From Octopus sinensis (taxonomy: Eukaryota), in the NCBI RefSeq assembly GCF_006345805.1, contig NC_043013.1, positions 3,224,001-3,288,000 of the forward strand: 64,000 nucleotides of DNA, in the 5' to 3' direction. Numbering within the stretch: the first letter of the stretch is position 1; each line of letters begins with the position of its first letter. The translations under genes were made by a program, and so were the position numbers. Below the pieces are notes generated by a model. That model ran no database searches, was not told the DNA's origin, and saw only the letters and a list, made by a program, of their open reading frames with translations. Of this stretch, positions 12,020 to 24,274 are shown piece by piece.

Positions 12020-12420
12020 GATGTCGTACAGTATCCAATATTGTGGTGTTGTAGATTGGAAAATATTGTGTGTCCCGGGGACTTGAGTTGTCTTATCAGA
12101 TCACAAGGGCTTCAGACAGACTACTTTACGCAGTATACCTGCAGTTCCAAGTAAAGCCGAATAACACCAAGGTTGTAGAGTATTTCTAAAATATCCAGAT
12201 GGTTCTTCAAGTTGTGTGGTTTTGAACCAAATGCCCCGATGATTATCATTGGTATGGTTTGGTTTGTAGCAGCACCATCCCAGGTAGGGAAGCAGTACTC
12301 CATTGTGGACCTTACCGGAGCTTTGTAGAGGATCAGTAATTTGTGAGATGAAATTATTTTCTGGCTCTGAAGAGAAGAGACAAACTTTCAGAAGTAGTAC
12401 TATATTAAACAATTGTCTGT
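12020..12420 (-). mobile_element. Decayed 3' end of an R4/Dong-like non-LTR retrotransposon (restriction-like endonuclease C-terminus)
   Basis: Minus frames give TIPMIIIGAFGSKPHNLKNHLDILEI and SALLGTAGILRKVV, homologous to TIPIIVGALGMIKK..IALLGTAHILRRTL in the 53.7-54.8 kb copies. Confidence 0.75.
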
Positions 12421-12730
12421 GGAGACACATGGCTTAGTGGCTAGAGCAGCGGACTCGCGGTCGAGGGATCGCCGGTTCGAATCTCAGACCGGGCGATGTG
12501 TCTGTTTATGAGCGAAACACCTAAGCTCCACGCGGCTCTGGCAGAAGGTAATGGCGAAACTTCTGCTGACTCTTTCGCCACAACTTTCTCTTACTCTTTC
12601 CTCCTGCATCTTGCAGCTCACCTGCGACGGACCGGCGTCCCATCCAGGTGAGGAACCTATACGCCAAGAAACCGGGAAACCGGCCCTTATGAGCCAGACA
12701 TGGCTCGAGAAGGAACAAAAAAAAAAAAGA
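12421..12730 (+). mobile_element. tRNA-derived SINE, variant C1
   Basis: A-box-like TGGCTTAGTGG and B-box GGTTCGAATC; body GAGCGAAACACCTAAGCTCCACG; tail CCTGCGACGGACCGGCGTCCCATCCAGG..GAAACCGG..GGCTCGAGAAGGAAC followed by A-rich sequence. Confidence 0.85.
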
Positions 12731-12759
12731 AAAGAATTGTCTTCGCCAGCAGAGACCAT

Positions 12760-13110
12760 CAACGATGATGAGAAAAAGTATTTGCAGGGTGCTGGTTGCA
12801 TTCTAGTTGCCATCATATGGTTAGGGAGGATGGAGTGTTTTGATATTTTCTTCATATATGCAATGATTCCGCGTTTTTTGACAAGATTGACAAGATTGGC
12901 ACAACCTTAGTTGAGGATGTCTTCGAGCTACGAGTTCATAAGGCCAGTGAAAGTTTGGCATGAGGTGGCTATGAGATTGACGGTTGGCTGTGAAAGGTTA
13001 GCGAGGGGGATGAAGAATGGCATACTCTGCATAAGAGTGGATGTTGGTAGAATGTGGAGTATGGGGGTAAAACTGAACCCTACATACATTAGAATTTTTA
13101 GAAACGGTGT
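12760..13110 (-). pseudogene. Probable highly decayed LINE RT C-terminal fragment (CR1/L2/Jockey-like)
   Basis: One minus frame reads ..LSLAL*TRSSKTSSTKVVPILSILSKNAESLHI*RKYQNTPSSLTI.., loosely resembling the post-RT region of these clades. Weak. Confidence 0.35.
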
Positions 13111-13149
13111 ACAAGAAACAATACATTAATAGACTCAATGCTTTCCATT

Positions 13150-13870
13150 ATTTATGCGCGTGAAGACGGCGAGCAGACAGAATTGCTATCGTGCCGGACG
13201 GATGCTTAGCGGCGTTTCTTCCGGCATTACTTTCCGTGTTCAAGTGCCACCGAGATCGACTTTATTTTTTCATCTTTTAGGGCTCGATAGAATATGCACC
13301 AGTTGAGCACTGGGATTCAGTGTAATCGACAACCCGCCCCTTAGATTTCCCTCCTTGTGTCTAAAGTAGAAAGGATTGTTTAGTTACGTGTCTTTCTACC
13401 AAAGTAGCTTTAAAGCGGCTTCGCCTTCCGATATGACATCGTCGATAAGATGAATACCAAACAAGTATAAAGGTAGATTCATATAATTCCTTTTCCTAAC
13501 CAATATATGGCTTTGTGGTCAATCTAAGAAATCTTCATTGTTGGAAGTAGATCTAAGTCGATTATTGTGATTGAGGTTGGCCGGTGTACTATAAACATAT
13601 TTTACGACACAGATATTAAAAGAAATGCATCTGACTTTATAAGGTGAGCAAGTGAAACGAGTGTACTGAGTATATGCCTTTAATATTCTTTCCACTGAAG
13701 CTCAAGGCTTGAAAGTTTTTGTAGTCGAGGGTGCTAATCGAGTACATCGACCCCAGTACTCAAATGGTACTTATTTTATAGACCCCGAAAGGATGAAAGG
13801 TAAAGTCGACCTTGGCGGACTTTGACCTCAGGACGCAAAGCCGGGTGAAATGCTGCTGAGCATTTTGTCG
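13150..13870. mobile_element. Two or three degenerate SINE A-related copies
   Basis: GGCGAGCAGACAGAATTGCTATCG..GAGATCGACTTT (+, about 13170-13350) and GGTACTTATTTTATAGACCCCGAAAGGATGAAAGG (-, about 13735-13870). Confidence 0.6.
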
Positions 13871-14272
13871 ATGTGCTCACCGATTTAGTATACATTTAAT
13901 ATCGCTACTCATTATTATCTTTAATTGTTGTTAGTGGTAATTTGTCCTTAATACTTATTTGTGATAAAATTAACATTAAACAGTAGAAACGGTGGGTTGC
14001 TGGATAAAATGTCCCACCATTTTACCTTTCATCTCTCATGAGTCAATAAAATAAGTGCCACTCATATAAACGAAATATATTTAAATTACCTTCAACCAGA
14101 TGAAGAAATAGAATTCATTTTCCCTTTCGGGTGTCCAATATAGGTGCAGATGTTGCTCTGCTTCCTTAAGCTGTGGTCAGCTTTGGATTGTTAGCGGCCT
14201 TGGTCTTATATGCATCGGTCCAGTGGAGTCTAGGGTCACAGCTCCGACCTCCATACCAATAATAATAACGAC

Positions 14273-14365
<93 letters not shown>
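14273..14365. repeat. (GATA)n microsatellite
   Basis: Read directly. Confidence 0.95.
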
Positions 14366-14366
<1 letters not shown>

Positions 14367-14824
14367 GAGTAAAGAAAAAGCAGGGACGGAAATATAGATA
14401 AAAGCGTAATTAAGACAGAGAGATAAACAGTGAGTTTATGGGGGGGGGGGTGAATGGAGAGTAAGAGAACCAAAGTGAGAGATTGAGAATCGAGGAGAAG
14501 GAGTTAAATATGGAGAGAAGGAAAAAGAGAAGTAAGATAAAGTAGAGGGAAAGGTAGTGATGGAGAGTTAGACGTGAAGAAGACGTAGGGTAGAAAGAGT
14601 GATGAAGAAGAGATTGGGAGGAAGAGGAAGAGTGTGAAGACTGAGGCTGGTGAAGGCACGATTATTAAATGAAGATTGTTGGAAGGGTGAGGGGAGAGTA
14701 GTAAGGGAGTAGGAGGGATTGAATAAATTTGAATTGAAAGGATGGCAACAACAGAGAGAAGGAATGGAGGAAGGAACAGGAATAGAAAGGGAGGAGACGA
14801 GCGAAGAGAGAGAGAGAGAGAGAG

Positions 14825-14850
14825 AGGGAGGAAATAAAAGTAGAGGCAGA

Positions 14851-14881
<31 letters not shown>

Positions 14882-14897
14882 AAATAAAAGTAGAGGC

Positions 14898-14933
<36 letters not shown>

Positions 14934-15090
14934 AATAAAGTAGAGGCAGAAGAGTAGAGATAGAGAAGAGAGAGAGGGAGGAAATAAAAGTAGAAGGCAG
15001 AATAAGAGAGAGAGAGGGAGGAATAAAAGTAGAGGCAGAAGAGAGAGAGAGAGAGAGAGAGAGAGGGGAGGAAATAAAAGTAGAGGCAGA

Positions 15091-15121
<31 letters not shown>

Positions 15122-15240
15122 AAATAAAAGTAGAGGCAGAAGAGAGAGAGAGGGAAGGGAATAAAAGTAGAGGCAGAAGAGAGAGAGAGAGGGGGGAGGA
15201 AATAAAAGTAGAGGCAGAAGAGAGAGAGAGAAAGAGAGAG
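14825..15240. repeat. Purine-rich minisatellite, about 9 copies of GAGGAAATAAAAGTAGAGGCAGAA(GA)n, inside a ~1.3-kb purine-rich tract (about 14380-15720)
   Basis: Unit counted by eye at about 14828, 14878, 14929, 14978, 15018, 15068, 15118, 15157 and 15196. Confidence 0.9.
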
Positions 15241-15445
15241 TGAGAAATGATAGAGCTAGAAGACAGAGAGGGTGAAAAGAAATAGATGAAAGAGAGCGAG
15301 TAAAATGTAGAAGGTGAAAAATGAAGGTTAATGAAGCAGAAGGGAAAAAGAAAGAAAGCTAGTGGTAGAAGAGAAAGGGAGTGAGAAGGAGAGGTTGGAG
15401 AAAGAAGGGGGGTGAGAGGTAATGATAGGAGAAAGAGTGTGTGAT

Positions 15446-15480
<35 letters not shown>

Positions 15481-15764
15481 AGAGTGATGAAGGGTAAAGT
15501 GAAACAGTTGGGTAGAAGAGAGAGGGAGAATTTGAAGAAAATGAGTTTTAAAAAAATAAGAGGGGAGGAAATGGAGAAAATGATGAGTTTGAAGAGATAC
15601 TGGAAGGAAATCAAGGGGGAAATGAGAGGAAGGGGGAGGAGATAAGTTACTGAAGATATATAGAAACTATAAATAGGGAGTGAAGAGAAAGAAAGGAATA
15701 AATGAAACATGAAATCCAAAAGAATTAAATGAGCAATGTTAAGAAGAATATATATATATATAAT

Positions 15765-15920
15765 AAGCCGAAATTGCCACGATAATCTGGTACTTGACTG
15801 AGGAAAGAAAACTTCGAATGACCCGTAATTGTTTTCTTTGTATCGTCTATCTGGGTGTTTTGTTGACCCGTTTTTGTATCACCTAACTGTCCGGATGTTT
15901 AGCGTTCTTGTCCCATTTTG

Positions 15921-15925
<5 letters not shown>
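15765..15925 (+). repeat. Unclassified short interspersed family; related copies on the minus strand at about 40095-40260 and 62540-62705
   Basis: Shared GCCGAAA..CTGGTACTTGAC(T/A)GAGGAAAGAA..CGAATGACCCG..TTGTATCGTCTAT. Each copy abuts a microsatellite. Confidence 0.6.
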
Positions 15926-15971
<46 letters not shown>

Positions 15972-16009
15972 CATAAAGTTTTGACTGAAGTCTACTCCCG
16001 GCAGCAGAC

Positions 16010-17250
16010 AAAAAGTCATGCATTGGCAAATTAGGTCCTTCACGCTAATTATCTTAAGCCCCGTGGACAGTAACATCTAAAAAAAAAATACTTCTGAAAA
16101 GATCATATCAAACTTGTCAGCACAAAGACTATGTTTGCAGACCCTCGTGTCCATCCACCTCAACCTTACTGATGGACAACATGCTATTAGAACCCCCAAA
16201 CTAGCTACAAATGCTCGTCCTCACATTTTGTTCAATCTAAACCGTTAAAGAACGACAGCTCCCATTTTTGAGAGGATACTGCTGATATACATAGAGGTGT
16301 CTTAGAATGTATTTAGAAAAAGCCAATCAGCTGATTTGCATGGAATCGCTCACCAACACACTACAACCCCCGATCCATAGACGCGATGGTTCCTCTCTCT
16401 GCTGCAACTACAGTGGACTCTTCAGAACTGGCAGATCTCGAGACACATCTGTTTGATATTCCCTTACTCAAAATATACCCTATGCATACCCCCTACCGTA
16501 ATTCCTCCGCGGCCATGATTTTCTCCTGCAGTGGCTGACTTCGAGTTATCCAAAAGCACCAGCTGCATCGATCTTACCAATCCGGGACGAACTCTGGAAG
16601 CCATCAGCGTAATTCTTCTCTTACAGAAAAACTATTAAAAAAGAAAGGAAAGTAATTGAGTCAATGAGGAGATTACTGAGAGTCGAACCCTTGCATCCAC
16701 CCATCTAAGGAAGTTAATCTATCAGCTGACATGTCGCCTCATATTTTCTCCTTTAGGTCTTGGAATCCCACTCTCCTGATAATTGAATTTCAAACAGCTC
16801 ATTGAATGTCACTGACCTTTTGCAGATGTTAACTGCAAGCCACGCGCTTTGTTTTTGGATTCTCTTTCTCCAACATGTAGACTCTCTCACGATTCCTTTA
16901 TGTCAATAACTGTCGAATGGCCTTACTTATTGTCCCATATTAGTACAGAAACGAAATCTACAATTCTTCTCTCATCCCAGTTATCTTAGACATACTTCTT
17001 TCCATCTTTTCTAACTATGGCGTTCGCACTTTAACCAAGATCCGCTTTCTCCATCATTCTTCTCTTTCAATTGGAAGACCTTAGCAAAACCCTTACTACA
17101 GCTAGGTTCGTCAAGGATACTGAATGTCCCAACCACCAGCAGTTATAAAACTACATCTCATCCTGTGTTCAGGACTTTCTATCTCAACTCAGCCGTTTCT
17201 TGTTGCTAAGATCCATGTCAGCTCTGATTGAGAAAATTATGATTAAATGT
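16010..17250 (+). pseudogene. Possible ancient LINE ORF2 relic (AP-endonuclease-like region)
   Basis: Fragments VMHWQIRS, CMES and IHRRDG loosely match APE motifs. No intact frame. Confidence 0.3.
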
Positions 17251-17429
17251 ATTTAAAATATGAATATCCTGTCTTTTTCCAGGCGAGTTCATCCAAGACT
17301 ACACTGTTCTGGTTCGTTTCCCATTAAGACAGTAAAGTGTAATTTGAAAGACATTTGGCTATTATTTCTTGCAAGTCGAGCCACCGCGGCGTCACGGTTA
17401 CTGGTTCTCTTGTCATCACCATAACTATG

Positions 17430-17621
17430 TTACTCCTTCATTTTAAAGGTACCGTGTATTTCGTCCCTCCAACTGCACCGTCTTATCCATTCGTTAACCT
17501 GTGTCGCAGACCAAAACATCGTTTCACGAAACACTACCAATGTCTGTTTCATCTCTAGTTCAATCAGAGTATGTGCTTCATTAGAGTGATTCATCACTGT
17601 TTTTCTCAAGCTCGAGGACAT
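17430..17621 (-). pseudogene. Possible decayed Gypsy integrase zinc-binding region
   Basis: SSLRKTVMNHSNEAH..FRETMFWS..VNEWIRRCS resembles the SLRxxxLxxLHxxH..RxxxFWP..IxxxIxxC pattern. Confidence 0.4.
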
Positions 17622-18274
17622 GAAAATGAAATTTCCATCTACATCGGCAACAACTAATCATTATTTATATCAAAAGAACAACCTCACACTACACTTACCT
17701 CAGCTTAAACCCTCAGCTAAAACATCACAGCTAAAACCCTCAAAATCGCTACCCGTGCTAGGTTCGACAATCTCGGAACATCTCACTTGACTTTACATTT
17801 ATAAAATCTAACCAGCAACCTGACTACGAAGCGATGCATCCGATTCTTTTACTGTTAGTCCTTCTGCATCTCGTTAACCAATACTTCGTTTAAACCTTTC
17901 TCGCCAGAACTTCATTCATAACTTTCACCGGATCTCGTTTACGTTATGACAGAAACTGTGCGTGCAGGTCCTTTGCATACATGCATTTTTATGTCTGCCT
18001 ATGTCTATGTCCATTTGTGTGTTTATGTTTGTTTCGATCTAATAACCGCTGACAATATTGTTATGTTCTGTTATATTCCATAATTTACTGTTTCGTCAAA
18101 TATAAAATAATCAGCAGGGTGAGATGAATATTTATGGCGATATGATCGACTAAAGGCAGTGCTCCAGCAGAGCCACTGTCCAACGACTCAACCAAGAAGA
18201 AGACTAAAAGAAACAAAAGTATGTAGAGAGTAGTGTAGCAAGTACAGTGATTGGATGGTACTATCTTTTTATCG

Positions 18275-18620
18275 TTTATTTGTTTCAACCATTGGACTGC
18301 GGCCATGCTGGGGCACCGCACTGAAGGGCTTGGCCGAACAAATCAGCTCCAGCAATTATTATTATTTTTTAAATTACACTTTCATCGAACATGCTAAGCG
18401 ACGGGAACGTAAACAAACTCCTGTTGTTAAGTGGTTGTTGGCGTGGTGGGGGGGGGGGCGATTTCAAGCACATAGTCACACACACACACACATACACGAT
18501 GAAATTCATTCCAAAGGAATTGGTCGGCGCGCAGCTATAGTAGAAGACATTTGTCTAAGGCGCCGCGAAGTGGTACTGAACCAGAAACCACATAGTTCCA
18601 AGGCATGCCATGCTTGCACC
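18275..18620 (-). mobile_element. Old, diverged SINE B-related copy
   Basis: TTGTTTCAACCATTGGACTGCGGCCATGCTGGGGCACCGC..CTATAGTAGAAGACATTTGTCTAAGG..GAAACCACAT. Confidence 0.65.
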
Positions 18621-18647
18621 TTTGCTTGTATAGAATTTCATATAGAT

Positions 18648-18878
18648 GGTGGCGAGCTGGCAGAATCGTTAGCGCGCAGGGCGAAATGCTTAGCGGTATT
18701 TCGTCCATCTTTCTGTTCTGAGTTCATATTCCGCCGAGGTTGACTTTACCTTTCATCCTTTCGGGGTCGATAAATTAAGTACCAGTTACGCACTGGGGTC
18801 GATCTAATCGACTTAAATCCTTTGTCTGTCCTTGTTTGTCCTCTCCATGTTTAGCCCCTCGTGGGCAATAAATAAATA
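18648..18878 (+). mobile_element. SINE A, full length with 16-bp TSD
   Basis: TSD AGAATTTCATATAGAT at 18632-18647 and 18879-18894. Confidence 0.92.
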
Positions 18879-20055
18879 AGAATTTCATATAGATAGGCTA
18901 AAAAGTAAGGGAATCTTGTTCTAAATATGTAGAAACCACGGCAATGATTTCAGTTGGTTCCTTCGTTCAGGTGATACATCAGAGTCATTGGCTACAATAT
19001 TGAACACGCCCAGATTCACTCCAACGCCCCACGTACCCCAAAAAGAAAACCAAGATAAATGGGCCCCAATGATACCCCTTAAATGTGCAGTGATTTTACA
19101 GCCAATTGGTATTGAATTCGAATCATCCACAAGTTAAATGCAGTTTTCCGTCAAGGACTCTTCTTTAATTAATATCATTGTACCAGCTTCACACCACCAG
19201 ATTAATAAAAGGATCTTACCCACGTCATCCATTCAAGTGGTCTCTACCACCACCACCAAGACCATCATCATCATCATCAGTAACATGCTACCAGCCTCCA
19301 CATCACTCTACTACCACTACCACCACCTTCCCTGCCTCCTACTCCAGCAATACTTCCAGCCGTCTCGTTTCTGTCTCCCCGTTTCGTCAATATATGCATA
19401 CATTTACTCATCTCTGCGTTTGTGTCAATATAGTTGAGTATGCATGTTTCATGAGTGAGTGTGTGCGTGTGTGTGTGTGCGTGTGAGTGTGTGTGTGTGT
19501 GCGTATACGTGTTTGTGTGCGCGTGTGTGTGTCGGAATGCTTGTGTGTATGTGGGTGAGTATGGTATATCGGTTACATAAGCGTACTTATACATTCACTT
19601 ATGTTTGCGTCTTTGAGTGTATATGTGATGCCTGAGTGCATATGTATATATGTATATATTTGTATGTATATATGTGTGGTGTCATAAATATATATATGTT
19701 ATATTATATATATATATATATATAAATATATATAGAGAGGAGAGAGAGAGAGAGAGAGAGAGAGGTGTACAGTAATACATATAGAATATATGTATACCAC
19801 ACATACATTCCTATATACCATATATAATGTCTATATATAAATATATATATTCATATATTAATATATATACAATTTATCTATATATCTGTGTATGTATAAA
19901 TAGATGTACGTACATATACAATATATACATTCATACAATATATATATATAGGATATATATATATATTATATATAATATATGCATTTACTAATGTGTGTGT
20001 GTGTGTGTGTGTGTTTTCTTATAAATGTACATGAGTGGTGTTTGCCTGTGCATAC

Positions 20056-20092
<37 letters not shown>

Positions 20093-20248
20093 CCATCTCG
20101 TCGTGGCACAGTGGTTGCTCTCCTCATCCTACACCCCCACCTCTCTACGCAACCTCCTCCAATCACCTATCAACATTCCTCAATTATCCGTAATTCTCTG
20201 TTAACGATCATCCTCATCCCACGTTCTACACACCTCTACCCTGCTATT

Positions 20249-20282
<34 letters not shown>

Positions 20283-20433
20283 CACACGCACACACACACA
20301 TACACACACACACACACGCGCGCGCATGCACATACAAACAGATTAACCCAGTCACGCACACACAGACCGACAAACCGATATACACTCTGTCTCTCTCTTT
20401 CTCTTTCTTTCTTTTTCTCTCTCGTCTCTCTCT

Positions 20434-20505
<72 letters not shown>

Positions 20506-20779
20506 AGACAGAGCGGGATATACTCACATTTAGTCAATTAAGTAACACTGAGAACGGAACGTACACATGCATACACACACATACATTCACAGGTACATAT
20601 ACATACACATAAACAGTATATACTCTCATACAGCTAGTCCACTCACACACACACACACGCACCACACACAACACACACGCACACGCACACACACACACAC
20701 ACATGGGTGTACAGACACAAAGACGTACACAACACTAAACATGCATAACTACACACATACAAAACCAAAACCAGTCTCA

Positions 20780-22727
20780 CCCCCGCCGCCGCCGCCGCCG
20801 CCGCTGCGAGCCCCCCCACCCTCGCCGTCGCCATACCATTTTCTGTTAAAAATGGTCTCATCTCGTTACAAAACCCCCCACCCTCCTCCTGCCCCACCCT
20901 CTTCACCTCTGTCTCCACTTCCTTTCCACACCGCCGCATTGACTACCACCACCACCACCACCTACCACTGTTAAAGCCATGCCACCACCATGCTAGCACC
21001 CAAACTGCCAACACTTCACTGTTATGTAACGAACCACCTTCATCCCCCACCACTATCACCACCACCACCACACAACAAAACAACATCAACAACAACAACA
21101 ATCCCTTCTCCTCTCCCTCCTCATCATCCTCATCCTCTTCCTCCTCATCCTCCCACCCGCCTCACATACACCTGATGCTGCTACCCAATCCTGTTTCCGC
21201 GCTTGTCTACCAGACACAGACACTACCTCCACTACCACCCACGCCACCAATCCTACGACTGCCACCACTACCACAACTACTACTGCCTTACCAGACGCCA
21301 TACTCTATACATAACCGTTATACATCATTACCACCACCACCACCACCACACCACAACACACTGCCATACACCACACTACTATCACCATAACATACCATAT
21401 AACAACACTTTCACCACCACCAACACCATCACCACCACCACCACCACCATCACCACCACCACCACCACCATCACCACCACCACCATCACCACCGCCACCA
21501 ACACCACCGCCACAACACACTGCCATACACACAGACACTTTCGTCATATATCATTCCTACCACCACCGCCGCCGCCGCCGCCATTTTACACGCCATACAA
21601 CAACACTTCCATCACCGCCACTACCGCCAAAACACCCGCATCAAACAGACATTACCTCCTACTACACCACCTCCACCACCACCACCAACCACCACTACCG
21701 CCATTACCAACGGAGAGACCTCTTCAGTCTCTTTTAATCTGCTAGAAATAGCAATCGAATTTCCCTTGAATTACATACTGGCGTTTAGAGAAGGAAGTAA
21801 TATATTATGTAATTCAGTCATGCATAATCTCAAATCGATGGAATGGCCACGATTGGAGAACTATTAGTTTACAAATCAACAAAAAGTAACAAAAATAATT
21901 TATTCCCCACCATCACCTTCAATCTACACCCACACACCATTACCTTCCACCACCACCACCATCTCCTCCTCCTCCACCACCACTACCACCACCACCACCA
22001 TCGCCGCCATTACCTGCACGTCTTCCATCGCCATTGTAATACACTGGCGCCACCAAGCTCGTAACGTACTACCATTGCGGTCATACCATTACTAAGAGTC
22101 AACAAGTTGACTAGTGACAGAGATAGCAGCCAAATCACCCTCAAATCACACTTTAATATTGATTTCAAATTTTGGCACAAGGCCAGCAATTGTGGGGGAA
22201 CGCAGTCAAATCAATTACATCGACCCCCAGTACTCAACTGGTACTTATTTTATCGACTCCGAAAGGATAAAAGGCAAGGCCGACCTCGGCGGAAATTCCA
22301 ACTCAGAGTGTAAAGGTCGGACGAAATGCCGCTAAGCATTTTGTCCGGCGTGCTAACAATTCTGCCAGCTCGCAGCCTCACATCATATTCTAATATCAAA
22401 AAAAGAAAAAGAAAAAGGAAGGACACACTTGATAATGTAGTACTTCCTGGATACACCAAAAAGGCGAGATGGCCACATCCGGATTACTCCATCGAAGTTG
22501 TCCTGGGGCTAAAGAACAACAACAACAAAATACCCATCTTTACTACTAACAACTATAACACACCACCACCACTACTACTAGTACTACTACTACTACTGCT
22601 ACTGCTGCTGCTGCTACTACTACTACCACTACAACTGCTACTACTACTACTACAACTGCTACAACTACTGCTACTACTACCACTACAACTGCTACTACTA
22701 CTGCTGCTACAACTACTACTACTGCTG

Positions 22728-22759
<32 letters not shown>

Positions 22760-24130
22760 GCTACTACTAATACTGCTACTACTACTACTACTACCGTCGC
22801 TACCACAGTCGCATCGCCATATTACGACATTGTTGTTACCGCTTCCACGTCACCACTACCGCCACAACCCAACACCCTAAACTATCACCAACACTGCATC
22901 AACCAAAAGAGAAAAAAAAAACACGACCAGCACAACCATTGCCTCCCCAACCAACACCACCATGCCGCCATTACAGCACCACAATGCCACCACCAACACC
23001 ATCCCACCAATTCTACCATGCCATTACTATCATCATCATCGGCAGCAGCAGCAGCATCACCACCATCACCTCACCACGACAAAATACCAAAACTATTATT
23101 ATTACCACTACCTAACCACTAACACACACTACAACACTGCTACTACCACCGAGCATCGTTTGCCACCACCGCTACCACCACACAAACACAGCCTCATCCG
23201 CTACATCACCACCACCACCCACCACCACCACCACCCACCGCCGCCGCCACCACCCCACCGCCACCACCACCACCCCACCGCCGCCACCACCACCACCCCA
23301 CCGCCACCACCACCCCACCGCCACCACCACCACCCCACCGCCACCACCCCGCCGCCGCCGATCCGCCAACAGCAGCATGTGAAATGCAGTACATGCTGTT
23401 CTATAATGTCTACGCTAGTTCTGCTGCACTCTAAAAGTGCATTGTGCTACAGTTGGTCTGCATTACAGCAGCAGCACCACAACTTTAACCCTGCCATTCT
23501 CGTCTTCTACCTCCACTCTGCCGCTGCTATTGAGGCTGCTGCTGCTGCTGCTAATGCTGCTGTTGTTGCTGCTGCTATTGCTGCTGTTGTTGCTACTGGT
23601 TACAGCTGCAGTTAACACCACTGTATTGACTGGCTCATGGCAGTTCTGACGTTCTTCTGAGGGCGGATATGATACTCCGGGTGGTGGTGGCTGCGGCGGT
23701 GGTGGTGGTGGTGGCGGCGGTGGTGGTGGTGGCGACGGTGGTGGTGGTGGCGACGGTGGCGACGATGATGGTGATAGTGATGGTGGTAGATGGTGGAACT
23801 GCTGCATTTGGTGCTGATTTTGTGGTAGTAGTGGCGATGATGGTTATGGAAGTGGTAGGTGCAGCGGTGATGGCGGTGGTGGCGGCGGTGGCGGCGGCGG
23901 CAGCGGTGGCGATGGTGATGGTGGTGCTGGTGGTGGTGGTGCTGGTGGTGCTGGTGGTTTGGGAGTGAGGAGGTGGGGTGAAGGCGGTAGTGAAGACGGT
24001 GATGGTGTTGGTGGTAGTTGCAGTGGTAGTGATGACGATGATACAGATGCTGATGGATGGTGCTGATAGCATTGCTGTGTTGTTAGTGGTGCTTTGTGGC
24101 ACTGGGGCCGCAGATGGTTGCGGTGGTATA
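20780..24130. repeat. 3.3-kb GC-rich trinucleotide mosaic (CAC/CCG/TAC/CTG on +, switching to GTG/GGC on + after about 23680)
   Basis: Read directly. Includes about 7 copies of a 17-20-bp CACCACCACCCCACCGC unit at about 23220-23350. Confidence 0.85.
22130..22380 (-). mobile_element. SINE A-related copy within the trinucleotide mosaic
   Basis: ACTGGTACTTATTTTATCGACTCCGAAAGGATAAAAGGC..GTGCTAACAATTCTGCCAGCTCGC. Confidence 0.8.
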
Positions 24131-24196
24131 TGCATAAATATGTATTGGTGCCACTACATTCATCTATGTGTAATCCTGCTTGTTATATATATATGC

Positions 24197-24274
<78 letters not shown>

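Noticed and set aside
14568-15719. 383-aa Leu/Ser/Phe-rich ORF, the longest in the track
   Set aside because: It is the pyrimidine strand of the GA-rich tract and minisatellite, open only because A is scarce on that strand.
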